The notes under the pieces: model-generated | Databases searched by the model: none | Told to the model about the DNA's origin: nothing | The model's input: the letters and a program-made list of their open reading frames with translations, nothing else | Source: Acidobacteriota bacterium | GTDB lineage: Bacteria; Acidobacteriota; Aminicenantia; UBA2199 | DNA length: 64,000 nt | Assembly: GCA_039714255.1 (NCBI GenBank) | Contig: JBDLJQ010000009.1 | Location: 3,000 to 66,999, forward strand | Direction of reading: 5' to 3' | Position numbers and translations under genes: made by a program | Shown here: piece after piece, positions 8,597-18,646 of the stretch | Layout: each line of letters opens with the position of its first letter | Position numbering within the stretch: the first letter of the stretch is position 1

Positions 8597-10174
8597 TTGT
8601 TCTCAATAAACAATCAGAATTTATCCATTTATAATCAACCATTATTAAAAAAATTACGTATAAACAGTGTGATCAAAAAAATTTTTATCTCTGTTTTGAT
8701 TTTTTTTATATCTCTGGCCGGAAGCCATAAACCCAAAGATAACATACTGGCATCTATCCCTTTCAGAACAATAGATAAAAAGATCGATCTATCCGAATTG
8801 TCCTTAAAAGACATTAGACTGACAATTAATAGAAGAACAATTGATCCGGTTCAGTTATCATTAAAAAAGAGATGGATATCAAAAGACACCATTCTTGGAA
8901 GGAATTTCATACTCTCTTTCAGAGATTTTTATAATTATGGAAAAGTTATTTCTGAAGGGTTATCTTATTTTGTTACCGAGATCCTGAAGAAACATGATTC
9001 ACTTCTTATCCATACACCCTATAATGTATATCCGGTAAAAGTAACAAATAATAAGGAAGGGATCATTTTTAATATTGAAAAAATATTAAAAAAAGATCTC
9101 AAAAAAATACTTAAAGAGAGTGCTCCTTCACTAAAAAGCATAAAAAATGAAATATTCCGCCTTGAACAACACTTTAATTCATATGAACTGAACAATAGAA
9201 ATATGGGAGCCGTAAGTTATTTTCAGTTCTTGTCCAAAATCACACTGGATATCCAGTTCTTCAGAAATCATTTTCTTATTCCGGATAAAAAGAAATTTTT
9301 AAAGGTAGACGAATATTTGGGGAACAGAGAGGGTGACAGATACTGGCTCTACATTCAGAACGGTGAATTATATCCCTTCAACAGGAGACTTCAGGATGTT
9401 ATAAGGAAGATCATAAATTTCACATCCATGCAGGCAGTTAGTCAAAGCAACTGGAGAGCATTCATTGACACGGGGATCAAGTCTCTGGAAGAGGTTATGC
9501 TGTTGTCAAAGATCTATCCTGAAAAAAAGCTGAAACAATTATTTACTGATATGAATATAACATTTTTTGGACTTATAGTGGATTCAGGTAAAACCACAAA
9601 TTCAGACACATCAACAGTAATGGCAGATCTTGAAAATATTATCAGAAAGATCTCCACAACAAGTGGAGGCACCACGCTTACAAAAAGAGATATAGAATCG
9701 GGTTTAAAAGAAATAGAAGAGCATAAAGATACTTATCTGGACCTGGAATACAGTGTAAGCAGAAGGCCGGAGGAAAAAATTTTTGACATCCGATATAAAA
9801 ATGAAAAGGGTACCTTTTTACACAGGAAAAAATATTCAAAGAACGAATTTGTGGAACTGATCAAAAACCTGACTGCTGAAAAACTGGTATTAAAGCTGCT
9901 CTCTGTAAAAAAAAATATAATTTCGTTTTCCATCAATTCATATGCAATTCATAAAAAAGGAAAATTCGGCCTTTTAAAGGTTTTAATAAAGATTCTTTAC
10001 GAAAAAAACAGAGAGGTCTATAAAAGTACCAACACGTTGAGAGCAATAAAAAAAGAGATCAATATTTCCACGGGATTTCCAAAAAACCTTAAGGGTGATC
10101 TTATATTAAAGATTTCCATACTGGATCTTATCTCAAACAGGCTTTTACAGACTGAACGGAATATCAGGATTTGA
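8597..10174 (+). CDS. Hypothetical Lys/Ile-rich protein (525 aa) with an N-terminal hydrophobic segment; no recognisable domain
   Basis: Long ORF, convergent with the yibQ-like gene. A hydrophobic stretch at residues about 28-42 may be a signal or anchor. No motif was recognised by eye. Confidence 0.4.
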   Translation: MFSINNQNLSIYNQPLLKKLRINSVIKKIFISVLIFFISLAGSHKPKDNILASIPFRTIDKKIDLSELSLKDIRLTINRRTIDPVQLSLKKRWISKDTILGRNFILSFRDFYNYGKVISEGLSYFVTEILKKHDSLLIHTPYNVYPVKVTNNKEGIIFNIEKILKKDLKKILKESAPSLKSIKNEIFRLEQHFNSYELNNRNMGAVSYFQFLSKITLDIQFFRNHFLIPDKKKFLKVDEYLGNREGDRYWLYIQNGELYPFNRRLQDVIRKIINFTSMQAVSQSNWRAFIDTGIKSLEEVMLLSKIYPEKKLKQLFTDMNITFFGLIVDSGKTTNSDTSTVMADLENIIRKISTTSGGTTLTKRDIESGLKEIEEHKDTYLDLEYSVSRRPEEKIFDIRYKNEKGTFLHRKKYSKNEFVELIKNLTAEKLVLKLLSVKKNIISFSINSYAIHKKGKFGLLKVLIKILYEKNREVYKSTNTLRAIKKEINISTGFPKNLKGDLILKISILDLISNRLLQTERNIRI

Positions 10175-10183
10175 ACAAACCAC

Positions 10184-11353
10184 TTATTCCAGTAATTCTC
10201 TCACATATACTATCCGGATACCTTCTTTTTTTATAAGGTTTATGGAATCTTTTATCGCCTGAAAGGTTGTTTCAAAGGGATGGCCGATAGCAATTGCTTT
10301 TCCCTCCCTTTTAGCGATCCTCATAAGCCTTTTTATCTGAAACATGGAATGTTCATATGTTCTTGTATGATCCAGAAAAACATCTCTTTCTGCTGTTTTA
10401 ATATTAAGTTGTTTTGCTATTTTAAATCCTTTTGTATCAAAATCGGTCCTGGAATCAACAAAAAAAAGTCCCTCAGATTTAATTATTTTTAATACCCTTG
10501 TCATAACAGGTGCATCCGATGTAATAAGTGATCCCTGATGATTGTTTATCCCATCTGCATCAGGGACAATAATTTTAGATCTTTTAATGAGATCTTCTAT
10601 TTCCCTGTCAGTTGAATTTAAAGATATGACACGGCTTTTCTCTAAATGGTTATTAATATCTTTTTTCGGCTGCATCGGGAGATGGATCAGAGATCTCAGA
10701 TTATATTTTTTCAGCCATTCAGCTTCTTCAAACCCATGTGGTGAGTCGGGAAGAACTGAGGCTGTTACAGGGATACCAAGCTTTTTTAATTCATATGCTC
10801 CCACATTATAATTACCTATATCATCTATTATAAATGCGATCTTCGGTTCAGATACCTTTTCTATAACCTTTTCCCTCTCCCCTTGAATAATAGCAGGCTT
10901 TTCCAGCCTGTTAACAAGGAGCAGGTGGATGGTCTTTTCACCAAAAAGTGTCTTATACAAAAAAAAAGTGTGTTTCCTATACCTTTTTGTTTCCACCTGG
11001 ATCAGCCTGAAACCAAGCTTTTTGGAATATTTTTCAAATATATCTTTTATGTTTTTATAAAGTTTCCTGTTTATATCAATTTTAAAATGATATCTTTTTT
11101 CCGTATCCCTGAAATAATCATATGAAATATTTTTTTTATTCAGATAGTTCAATAATTTTACATTAAACTTATCTATATCTCCGGACACACTGTTTTTCCC
11201 TATTATTTTTGAAAAAATAAAAGAATCATTTCCATTACTGAAGTCAATATATTCCAGAAGTAACAGAACGATGAACGCCAGAACTAAAAAAGTGAAGAAT
11301 ACCATAAATATAAAATTGGTCCTTTTTGAAATTTTGTTTTTTCTTTTACCCAT
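10184..11353 (-). CDS. Divergent polysaccharide deacetylase family protein (YibQ-like, PF04748)
   Basis: N-terminal transmembrane segment. The C-terminal region contains IAFIIDDIGN...LPMQP...HPFETT blocks typical of YibQ. It lies immediately downstream of the EnvC-like gene, as in the E. coli envC-yibQ pair. Confidence 0.6.
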   Translation of the reverse strand: MGKRKNKISKRTNFIFMVFFTFLVLAFIVLLLLEYIDFSNGNDSFIFSKIIGKNSVSGDIDKFNVKLLNYLNKKNISYDYFRDTEKRYHFKIDINRKLYKNIKDIFEKYSKKLGFRLIQVETKRYRKHTFFLYKTLFGEKTIHLLLVNRLEKPAIIQGEREKVIEKVSEPKIAFIIDDIGNYNVGAYELKKLGIPVTASVLPDSPHGFEEAEWLKKYNLRSLIHLPMQPKKDINNHLEKSRVISLNSTDREIEDLIKRSKIIVPDADGINNHQGSLITSDAPVMTRVLKIIKSEGLFFVDSRTDFDTKGFKIAKQLNIKTAERDVFLDHTRTYEHSMFQIKRLMRIAKREGKAIAIGHPFETTFQAIKDSINLIKKEGIRIVYVRELLE

Positions 11354-11371
11354 AGTTATCCTTTTAATGAC

Positions 11372-12487
11372 TCACCGGTTCTTTTTCAGCCAGGGTATGG
11401 GATTAACAGCTTTAGTACCTTTTCTCACTTCAAAATAAAGTGATATCCCCAATGTTGACCCGCTATCACCTGCAATCCCTATTTTTTCTCCCGCCTTAAC
11501 AAAATCATCCTTGTTTTTCAGGAAGGTTTCACAATGGCCGTAAATGGTCATAAAATCTTTTGAATGCTGAACTATTATAATATTTCCATACCCTTTAAAA
11601 TAATTACGGAATATTATTACCCCTGAATAGACAGCTCTGATCTCAAGGGAGCCTCCGGGCCTGATCTCAATACCATTATTCAAAATATAAGTATTGAACC
11701 TGGTACTTTTCTTTCTCCCGAAACTTGATATAACAGACCCCTTCAACGGCCAGCGCAAAGTACCTTTAATTGAACCAAGGTTCAGATCCGGAAGATCTAC
11801 CTTGTATGACCTTTTCTCAATTAAAGCAGTCAGCTTTTTTGCTTCTTCATTTAATTCTTTCAGGAGACCCATATATTTATTTTTATTGCTATTAACCTTG
11901 TTTATAAAAGTAAGTTTGTTCTTTTTATGAGACAATATTTCAGCCAGTTTTTTTTCTTCATTTCTTTTTAATTTTTTCAGATCTTTATATTCCTTCTCAA
12001 GCTCTGACTTAATGATCTCCAGTTTTTTTAAAAAAACCTTTATTTTTTCTATCTCTTCCAGTTTATAATTCACTATTGATAAAAAAAGATAATAATTTTT
12101 AAAAAGTTGATTAAGGTTCTTTATATTAAAAAATATTTTAAAATTACCTGTCTTCCCGATCTTATATAAAATCCTCACAACCTTTTTAATTTTTCCCTTT
12201 GAATTTTTTATACTGGTTTCAAGTTCAACTTTTTCCAGGTTCTTTTTCCGGATCTTCCGTTTTGTTCTGTTCATTTTGATCCGTATTCTGTTATTCTCTT
12301 TTGATGCTTTTTTATAGATTAATTCAATCTTGTAAAGTTCATTCAGAAGGGAACCTTTCTCTTTCCCGAGAGCATCAATATTCTGTTTTATCTTTTTGAT
12401 CTCTTCATTCAGCTTTTTTAGTTTTTCTTCTTTTGAAGGTATAAGTATTAACGGAATCAGCAGAATTAAAAAAATAAATTTTTTCAT
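11372..12487 (-). CDS. M23/LytM-domain peptidase with a long N-terminal coiled coil (EnvC-like murein hydrolase activator)
   Basis: Signal peptide, about 230 aa of Lys/Glu-rich heptad sequence, and a C-terminal LytM domain (GIEIRPGGSLEIRAVYSGVI...HSKDFMTIYGHCE). Confidence 0.7.
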   Translation of the reverse strand: MKKFIFLILLIPLILIPSKEEKLKKLNEEIKKIKQNIDALGKEKGSLLNELYKIELIYKKASKENNRIRIKMNRTKRKIRKKNLEKVELETSIKNSKGKIKKVVRILYKIGKTGNFKIFFNIKNLNQLFKNYYLFLSIVNYKLEEIEKIKVFLKKLEIIKSELEKEYKDLKKLKRNEEKKLAEILSHKKNKLTFINKVNSNKNKYMGLLKELNEEAKKLTALIEKRSYKVDLPDLNLGSIKGTLRWPLKGSVISSFGRKKSTRFNTYILNNGIEIRPGGSLEIRAVYSGVIIFRNYFKGYGNIIIVQHSKDFMTIYGHCETFLKNKDDFVKAGEKIGIAGDSGSTLGISLYFEVRKGTKAVNPIPWLKKNR

Positions 12488-12546
12488 GGTTTCAATTATA
12501 AGTTTTTAATTATAGTTTATAAGGGAAAATTCGTAAAGTAAAACCT

Positions 12547-13443
12547 TTACTCTTTCTCTTTTTCCACTCTGGGATGAAATTTGTTATAACTTTTCAGCAG
12601 ATCAGAATAATTTAATACTGTATACTTTTCTGTGGTTGAAAGGTTTGAATGTCCCAGAAGCTCCTGGATCACTCTGAGGTTCACACCTCTCTGAAGCAAA
12701 TGGGTAGCAAATGAATGTCTGAACAGATGGGGATATATATTTTTATTCGTTTCACAAATTTCTTTAAATGTTTTTTTAAGGATTTTTTCAATTCCCCTGT
12801 CAGATATTTTTTCTCCCCTGAAATTCAGAAAAATATACTCCGGAAGGATTTTATATTTTTTTTCTGAGATAATCAGATATTTTTTTATTATAGATCCGGC
12901 AGTTTCATTGAATGGGACTATTCTGACCTTTTTACCTTTTCCGAAAACCCTGATGAGCCTCTCCCGGAAATTAATATTTTCCTTTTTCAGATTTGTAAGT
13001 TCAGAAACACGCAACCCTGAAGCATATAAAAGTTCAAATATTGCCTTGTTCCTGATTTCCAGGATCGATCCTTCCGGCAATTTATCTAAAAATCCTGCCA
13101 TTTCATTCTCTGTCAGTATTTTTGGAAGTTTTTTCTCTATCTTAGGAACACTTATAACATCAAAAGGATTTTTATCGATCCTTCCATTGTTAAGAAGGAA
13201 TTGGAAAAAGGATCTTACAGCATAAATTTTTCTTGATAAAGTGGATTTATTCCTTGTATTCATATAAATATCGGAAAGAAAATCTTTTATATTATCCCTG
13301 GATAAAGGAACTCCGTTTTCTTCAAACCAATTTATAAATTGTTCAATATCCTGCCTGTATGCTTTTATTGTATTGGGTGAAAAATTTTTTATTTCCGAAA
13401 GAAATTCAAGGTATTCTTTCAGATCTTTTCTTCTTTTATCCAT
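12547..13443 (-). CDS. xerC: Tyrosine recombinase XerC/XerD
   Basis: Contains HLFRHSFATHLLQRGVNLRVIQELLGHSNLSTTEKYT, which carries the catalytic R-H-R-Y residues of the box. 298 aa. It follows trmFO as in the Firmicutes gid-codV arrangement. Confidence 0.8.
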   Translation of the reverse strand: MDKRRKDLKEYLEFLSEIKNFSPNTIKAYRQDIEQFINWFEENGVPLSRDNIKDFLSDIYMNTRNKSTLSRKIYAVRSFFQFLLNNGRIDKNPFDVISVPKIEKKLPKILTENEMAGFLDKLPEGSILEIRNKAIFELLYASGLRVSELTNLKKENINFRERLIRVFGKGKKVRIVPFNETAGSIIKKYLIISEKKYKILPEYIFLNFRGEKISDRGIEKILKKTFKEICETNKNIYPHLFRHSFATHLLQRGVNLRVIQELLGHSNLSTTEKYTVLNYSDLLKSYNKFHPRVEKEKE

Positions 13444-14732
13444 TTTTCAAGGCTTCTCAGAGCAAAGCCTGCTTTTATCTCTTTTTTTTCCCTTTTGCTT
13501 TTTCCCCTGATTTTAATATCCGGCAGCAGCCCGAATGTAAATTTTGAAGGCTTAAAATCCATCCAGTTCGATTCTGTAATATACTTAATAAGAGATCCAC
13601 ATGCAGAATCATATGGGGGTGGTGTCAAAGGTTCCTTTCTGATCAGTTTAACCGCATTGATCCCGGAGATCAATCCGGAGCATACTGATTCAAGATATCC
13701 TTCCACGCCGGATATCTGTCCCGCAAAAAAAATATTTTCATTTTTCTTTGACTGGTAAAAAGTATTTAAAATAGCCGGTGCATTAATATATGTGTTCCGG
13801 TGCATTCTTCCATATCGTTCAAATACAGCATTCTTCAATCCCGGAAGTTTTCTGAAAACCTTTTTCTGTTCACCCCAGGTTAACCTTGTCTGGAAACCCA
13901 CTATCTGAAATAGTTTCTTTTTTACATCATCCTGACGTAACTGGATAACCGCATAGGGGATCTTTCCTGTTTTCGGATCCTTTAATCCCACCGGTTTCAT
14001 AGGGCCGAATGACAGTGATTCTTCACCTCTACGGGCAATCTCTTCCACGGGAAGACAGGCTTCAAAGAACATCCCTTTTTCAAAGTCTCTTAACGCTGTT
14101 TTCTCACTCTCCAGAAGATCATTTACCAGTGTTTGATATTGGCCCCTGTCCAGGGGAATATTTAAAAAATCAGGCTCACCTTTATCATACCGGGATGCCC
14201 AGTATGTTTCAGACATATCAATGCTTTCAATATCCACAATCGGGCTGGTTGCATCATAAAAATGGAGATTCTTTCTCCCGGTAAATTCTGAAATTTTTCC
14301 TGCAAGTTTATCAGATGTCAGAGGCCCCGTTGCAATTATTGTAATATTTCCCGTCTCCGGGATATCATTTATCTCCCTGCTGATATAATTAATATTCGGG
14401 AATGATCTGATCTCTTCAGTTAATTTTTCCGCCAGTTTTAACCTGTCAACCGAAAAGCTGTTCCCGGCTGATACTCTGCATTTTTCTCCATTTTTCAAAA
14501 AAAAAGAATTCAGCTTTTCCAATTCATTTTTCAGCAGGCCGGATGCTGTTGATAATGTGGTAGAACCAAGTGAGTTCGAACATATCATCTCCCCGAGAAA
14601 CCCCGACTGATGGCCCTCGGATAACTTTCCCGGCTTCATATCGTAAAGGTTTACTTTAATTCCCCTTCGTGCAGCCTGGCTTGCTGCTTCAAGCCCCGCA
14701 AGCCCTCCTCCGATAATATCTAATTCTTCCAT
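13419..14732 (-). CDS. trmFO: Methylenetetrahydrofolate--tRNA-(uracil54-C5)-methyltransferase TrmFO (Gid)
   Basis: FAD-binding N-terminus IIGGGLAGLEAA. 437 aa with TrmFO-type spacing. Confidence 0.8.
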   Translation of the reverse strand: MEELDIIGGGLAGLEAASQAARRGIKVNLYDMKPGKLSEGHQSGFLGEMICSNSLGSTTLSTASGLLKNELEKLNSFFLKNGEKCRVSAGNSFSVDRLKLAEKLTEEIRSFPNINYISREINDIPETGNITIIATGPLTSDKLAGKISEFTGRKNLHFYDATSPIVDIESIDMSETYWASRYDKGEPDFLNIPLDRGQYQTLVNDLLESEKTALRDFEKGMFFEACLPVEEIARRGEESLSFGPMKPVGLKDPKTGKIPYAVIQLRQDDVKKKLFQIVGFQTRLTWGEQKKVFRKLPGLKNAVFERYGRMHRNTYINAPAILNTFYQSKKNENIFFAGQISGVEGYLESVCSGLISGINAVKLIRKEPLTPPPYDSACGSLIKYITESNWMDFKPSKFTFGLLPDIKIRGKSKREKKEIKAGFALRSLEKWIKEEKI

Positions 14733-14742
14733 GGAAAATTAT

Positions 14743-16854
14743 TTATTTGGCCTTTTGGCTTTTTTGTATATATTTACACTCCGGATATCCCGAGCATGCA
14801 ATAAATGACCTTCTGTTCCTCTTCTGAAATTTTCTCACTAATTCCTTTCCGCAATTGGGGCATTCACCCAGTTCTTCCTTTACACTTTCTATATAATCAC
14901 ACTCCGGATATCCCGTACATCCGATAAAATAATTTCCGGTTTTTGGAGAAAATCTTTTTACAAGTGGTTTACCGCAATTTTCTTTAGGACATTTTTTCTC
15001 CAGCACTTCATCTTTTTTTGATTCATTCCCTCTCTCATTAATTCGTTCGGTATAAGTACATCCCGGATATGAAGAACATCCGATGAACCATCCCCTTGTC
15101 CTTGATGAATATTTTCTGACCAGCTCACTATCACATTTGGGACATTTTTTACCTATAAACAGATTCTCTTTTTCTTCAGCTTTTACTTTTTCGAGATCAG
15201 CAGCCAGTTTATCATAAAAATCTCTGATCCCTTCGACCCAGTCCAGGGTACCTTCGGAAACATTATCAAGTTTTTGTTCAAGGTCTGCCGTAAAGTTATA
15301 TTTCATCAATTCTTTAAATTTTAAATCCAGATACTCTATTACTTTATTTCCGAGAAAAGAGGGGAGAAACTTTTTTTCTTCCCTGTAAACATATTCCCGT
15401 TTTCCAAGAGTGTCAATTATTGAAGCATAGGTTGATGGCCTCCCGATCCCCTTTTCCTCCAATACTTTAACAAGTGAAGCTTCGGAATATCTTGCGGGAG
15501 GTTTGGTAAAATTTTGTTTCGGATCCAGCTTTATCAGTGTTAACTTATTTCCCTCTTTCAGGTTTGGTAATATAACTATCTTTTCCGGTGTTTCTGTTAA
15601 TTTTAAAAATCCTTTAAATCTGATGATCTCACCCTTTGAAACAAAAAGATAATTACCATTATTAATTTCAAATCTGGTTTCTTCTATCTCTGCATCCTTC
15701 ATTCGGGATGCAATAAACCTTTCCCATATCAGGTTATAGATCTTAAACTGCCGTTCGTTAAGATCCTTTTTAATTACAGAAGGCTCATACAATGGTGTCG
15801 TGGGCCTGATAGCTTCGTGAGCATCCTGAATTTTTTTTTTCGTTCCGAAAAAATTCGGTTTTTCAGGATAATTATCCTCTCCATAATTTTTTGTAATAAA
15901 CTGTTTTGCTGCTTTTTCTGCATCCGCTGATATCCTGAATGAATCTGTCCTCATATAAGTGATCAGCCCGGTCTCTTCCCCGCCTTTTATTTTGATCCCC
16001 TCATATAGTTCCTGGGCAATTTTCATTGTCATTTTTACAGGAAAATTATATTTTCTGTTGGCTTCCTGCTGAAGGGTTGAGGTAATAAGAGGAGGAGAGG
16101 GTTTTCTTTTTCTCAGTTTTTTCTTAATTTTAGTCAGAACATAATCTTTCTCTTTCAGATCATTCAGAATATTATCACTATCCTTTTTATTACTTACTTT
16201 TATCTTTTTGCCATTTGATTTTTCAAGTTTTCCATAGAACTGAGGCTTCTCTGAACCTTCAAAAAGAGCTGTATGTGTCCAGAACTCTTCCGGAACAAAT
16301 TTTTCTATCTCTTTCTCACGTTCAACTATAAGTTTAAGGGCAACCGACTGCACCCTGCCGGCAGATAATCTGCCCCCGATCTTTCTCTGTAATACCGGGC
16401 TGATTTTGTATCCGGCAAGCCGGTCAAGGAGCCTTCTCATCTGCTGCGAATTTACCTTATTCATATTTATCTCGAACGGCTCGTTAACAGCTTTAACCAC
16501 AGCTTGTTTTGTTATCTCATTAAAAAGTATTCTGTAAATATTCGAATTGGTTTCACTTAAAATTTCCTTAAGATGAAATGCAATAGCCTCTCCCTCTCTA
16601 TCCGGGTCAGGTGCAAGAAATATTTTTTCACTCTTTTTTGCAAGCTTTTTCAGGTCTGCAATTATACTTTTTTTATCTTTCAACTCTTCATAATAAGGTT
16701 TAAAATCGTTATCAACATCGATACTGAGAATATTTGGATTCAGGTCACGTATATGGCCCATTGATGAACTGACCATATAGTTTGAATCAAGATATTTTGA
16801 GATTGTATTTGATTTTGCAGGTGATTCAACGATAATTAATATTTTTTTCTTCAT
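14743..16854 (-). CDS. topA: DNA topoisomerase I with three C-terminal C4 zinc ribbons
   Basis: Toprim N-terminus (ILIIVESPAKSNTISKYL). Catalytic-Tyr region (GRPSTYASII). Three CxxC...CxxC zinc ribbons at the C-terminus. Confidence 0.9.
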   Translation of the reverse strand: MKKKILIIVESPAKSNTISKYLDSNYMVSSSMGHIRDLNPNILSIDVDNDFKPYYEELKDKKSIIADLKKLAKKSEKIFLAPDPDREGEAIAFHLKEILSETNSNIYRILFNEITKQAVVKAVNEPFEINMNKVNSQQMRRLLDRLAGYKISPVLQRKIGGRLSAGRVQSVALKLIVEREKEIEKFVPEEFWTHTALFEGSEKPQFYGKLEKSNGKKIKVSNKKDSDNILNDLKEKDYVLTKIKKKLRKRKPSPPLITSTLQQEANRKYNFPVKMTMKIAQELYEGIKIKGGEETGLITYMRTDSFRISADAEKAAKQFITKNYGEDNYPEKPNFFGTKKKIQDAHEAIRPTTPLYEPSVIKKDLNERQFKIYNLIWERFIASRMKDAEIEETRFEINNGNYLFVSKGEIIRFKGFLKLTETPEKIVILPNLKEGNKLTLIKLDPKQNFTKPPARYSEASLVKVLEEKGIGRPSTYASIIDTLGKREYVYREEKKFLPSFLGNKVIEYLDLKFKELMKYNFTADLEQKLDNVSEGTLDWVEGIRDFYDKLAADLEKVKAEEKENLFIGKKCPKCDSELVRKYSSRTRGWFIGCSSYPGCTYTERINERGNESKKDEVLEKKCPKENCGKPLVKRFSPKTGNYFIGCTGYPECDYIESVKEELGECPNCGKELVRKFQKRNRRSFIACSGYPECKYIQKSQKAK

Positions 16855-17927
16855 GCTATTTTTCTAAAGCCTCCATTTTCTTCTGATACTATGTTTTTCA
16901 AAACCAACCCCATTAACAGAGTAATTGTTTCAGAAACAGACATTCCCAAGCTTTCAACAAAATAATTTATACTTTTTACCTCATTTTCTCCTATTAAGTC
17001 AAGTATTTTCTTTTCAGATGATGTAAGTTTTATGTCAGATACAGCTTTTATCCTTTTGTTAACAATACCGTACTCGGTCAAAATATCAGAAGATTTCCTT
17101 ATCAGTTTTGCCCCCTGCTGGATCAGATAGTTTGTCCCGGTACTTAACGAAGAATTGACGGGCCCCGGGATGGCAAACACATCCCTGTTCTGCTCCACTG
17201 CAAGCCTAGCCGTAATTAATGAACCACTTCTCATCTCTGCCTCCACAACCAGAACAGCTTTAGATAATCCTGCAATTATCCTGTTTCTTATGGGAAAGAG
17301 GAACGGCCGGGGAATTGTATCAAGAGGAAACTCTGAAATTATGCAACCGCTCTTTTTTATTCCATTTATTAAACCTGCATTTCCTGATGGATACAGGTTC
17401 AACAATCCTCCGGCATTCACACCGACTGTCTTTCCACCCTCTTTTATGGCAATTTTATGGGACATCGCATCTATTCCATATGCCATTCCAGATACAATTG
17501 TAATTTTTTCAAATATAATGTCAGGGAGAATTGACCTGAGTGCATTAAAACCATACACACTCCCTTTCCTGGATCCAACCACTCCGAGCTTATTACCTGT
17601 AAGGGCCTTTTTATCTCCCATTACATAAATATAATATGGAGGGTCATATATTTCCCGCAGAAGTTCCGGAAAATGTTCATCATCGGAAAAGATGATCTCA
17701 ACGCCATTTTTTGCTGCTTTTTCAATTTCCGCTTCGGCAGCATATTTATAATTTTTTTTAAATTTATTAAGATTTTTTTCTTCGAAACCGAAGATCTTAA
17801 GATTTCTGCGTTCCATTGCAAAAAAGTCATGGTATCTTCTTCCGCTTTTAATGAATTTTAATCTGGCGGCAGGATCATTCAGTACAAGCAGCTGGAAAGC
17901 AATTTGTTGATATTTAGTATCGTCCAT
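16851..17927 (-). CDS. dprA: DNA processing protein DprA (Smf)
   Basis: Rossmann-like DprA core (GVVGSRKGSVYG...IVSGMAYGIDAMSHK). Its stop overlaps the topA start by 4 nt. Confidence 0.8.
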   Translation of the reverse strand: MDDTKYQQIAFQLLVLNDPAARLKFIKSGRRYHDFFAMERRNLKIFGFEEKNLNKFKKNYKYAAEAEIEKAAKNGVEIIFSDDEHFPELLREIYDPPYYIYVMGDKKALTGNKLGVVGSRKGSVYGFNALRSILPDIIFEKITIVSGMAYGIDAMSHKIAIKEGGKTVGVNAGGLLNLYPSGNAGLINGIKKSGCIISEFPLDTIPRPFLFPIRNRIIAGLSKAVLVVEAEMRSGSLITARLAVEQNRDVFAIPGPVNSSLSTGTNYLIQQGAKLIRKSSDILTEYGIVNKRIKAVSDIKLTSSEKKILDLIGENEVKSINYFVESLGMSVSETITLLMGLVLKNIVSEENGGFRKIA

Positions 17928-18139
17928 AGTGATAAACCTTTTTATAAATCAAGCATCACCTCATCTTCCAAAACCGGATTGCTCTATCCCTCCTTCACTC
18001 CTGATTCATAACTATTATATTCAGATAACAGATCATCAGGGATATTTCAACAATAGTTAAGAATCTCAGTTGAAAACTGAAATATTAATTTTCCCCCATA
18101 TATTTAAAACCTGCATTTATTTGATTCTGACCTTCGTCC

Positions 18140-18172
18140 GGCCGGAGGATATTCTTTGTAAAGTTCTCCGGC
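18140..18172. terminator. GC-rich hairpin GGCCGGAG-(18 nt)-CTCCGGCC immediately after the HU stop codon; a T-tract follows on the plus strand
   Basis: Read directly. The stem abuts the HU stop (TAG at 18173-18175). The U-tract lies on the opposite strand from HU, so the direction is ambiguous. Confidence 0.35.
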
Positions 18173-18454
18173 CTATTTTATGATTTTCTTTAAATTTTTT
18201 GATGGTATGAATTTAACTATCTTTTTCGCCGGGATGATCATCGCTTTTTTATTGTTCGGGTTTATCACCCTTTTCTCTTCCCTCTGAATAATTTTAAAAG
18301 TGCCGAAATTTGATATAACGACCTTCTTTCCCCTGCTTAAATTTTCAACTATAACTTCGATCAGCAGGTCGATAAAGTGATAAGCTTCAAACCTCTTTAC
18401 ATCAAGGTTTTTATAAATGATCTCTGAAATTTCCTTTTTATTCATTATCACCAC
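18173..18454 (-). CDS. hup: HU/IHF-family DNA-binding protein
   Basis: 93 aa with the HU fold signature (VVISNFGTFKIIQREEKRVINPNNKKAMIIPAKKIVKF). Confidence 0.8.
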   Translation of the reverse strand: MVIMNKKEISEIIYKNLDVKRFEAYHFIDLLIEVIVENLSRGKKVVISNFGTFKIIQREEKRVINPNNKKAMIIPAKKIVKFIPSKNLKKIIK

Positions 18455-18646
18455 CTGAAAACATAATTACATACCGAAAAAAAAAAGTCAAGTTATTTCT
18501 GTTTTTTCTACTGCAATATAGGATGTTTCAGTCAGATAAACATTCAATACAGCCTATATATCACTGTTTTTCAAACCCAAATAATTGAAAAAAATGTTTT
18601 GATATATAGGCTTTATACACCATCACAACCATTCCGGCCTCAATTT

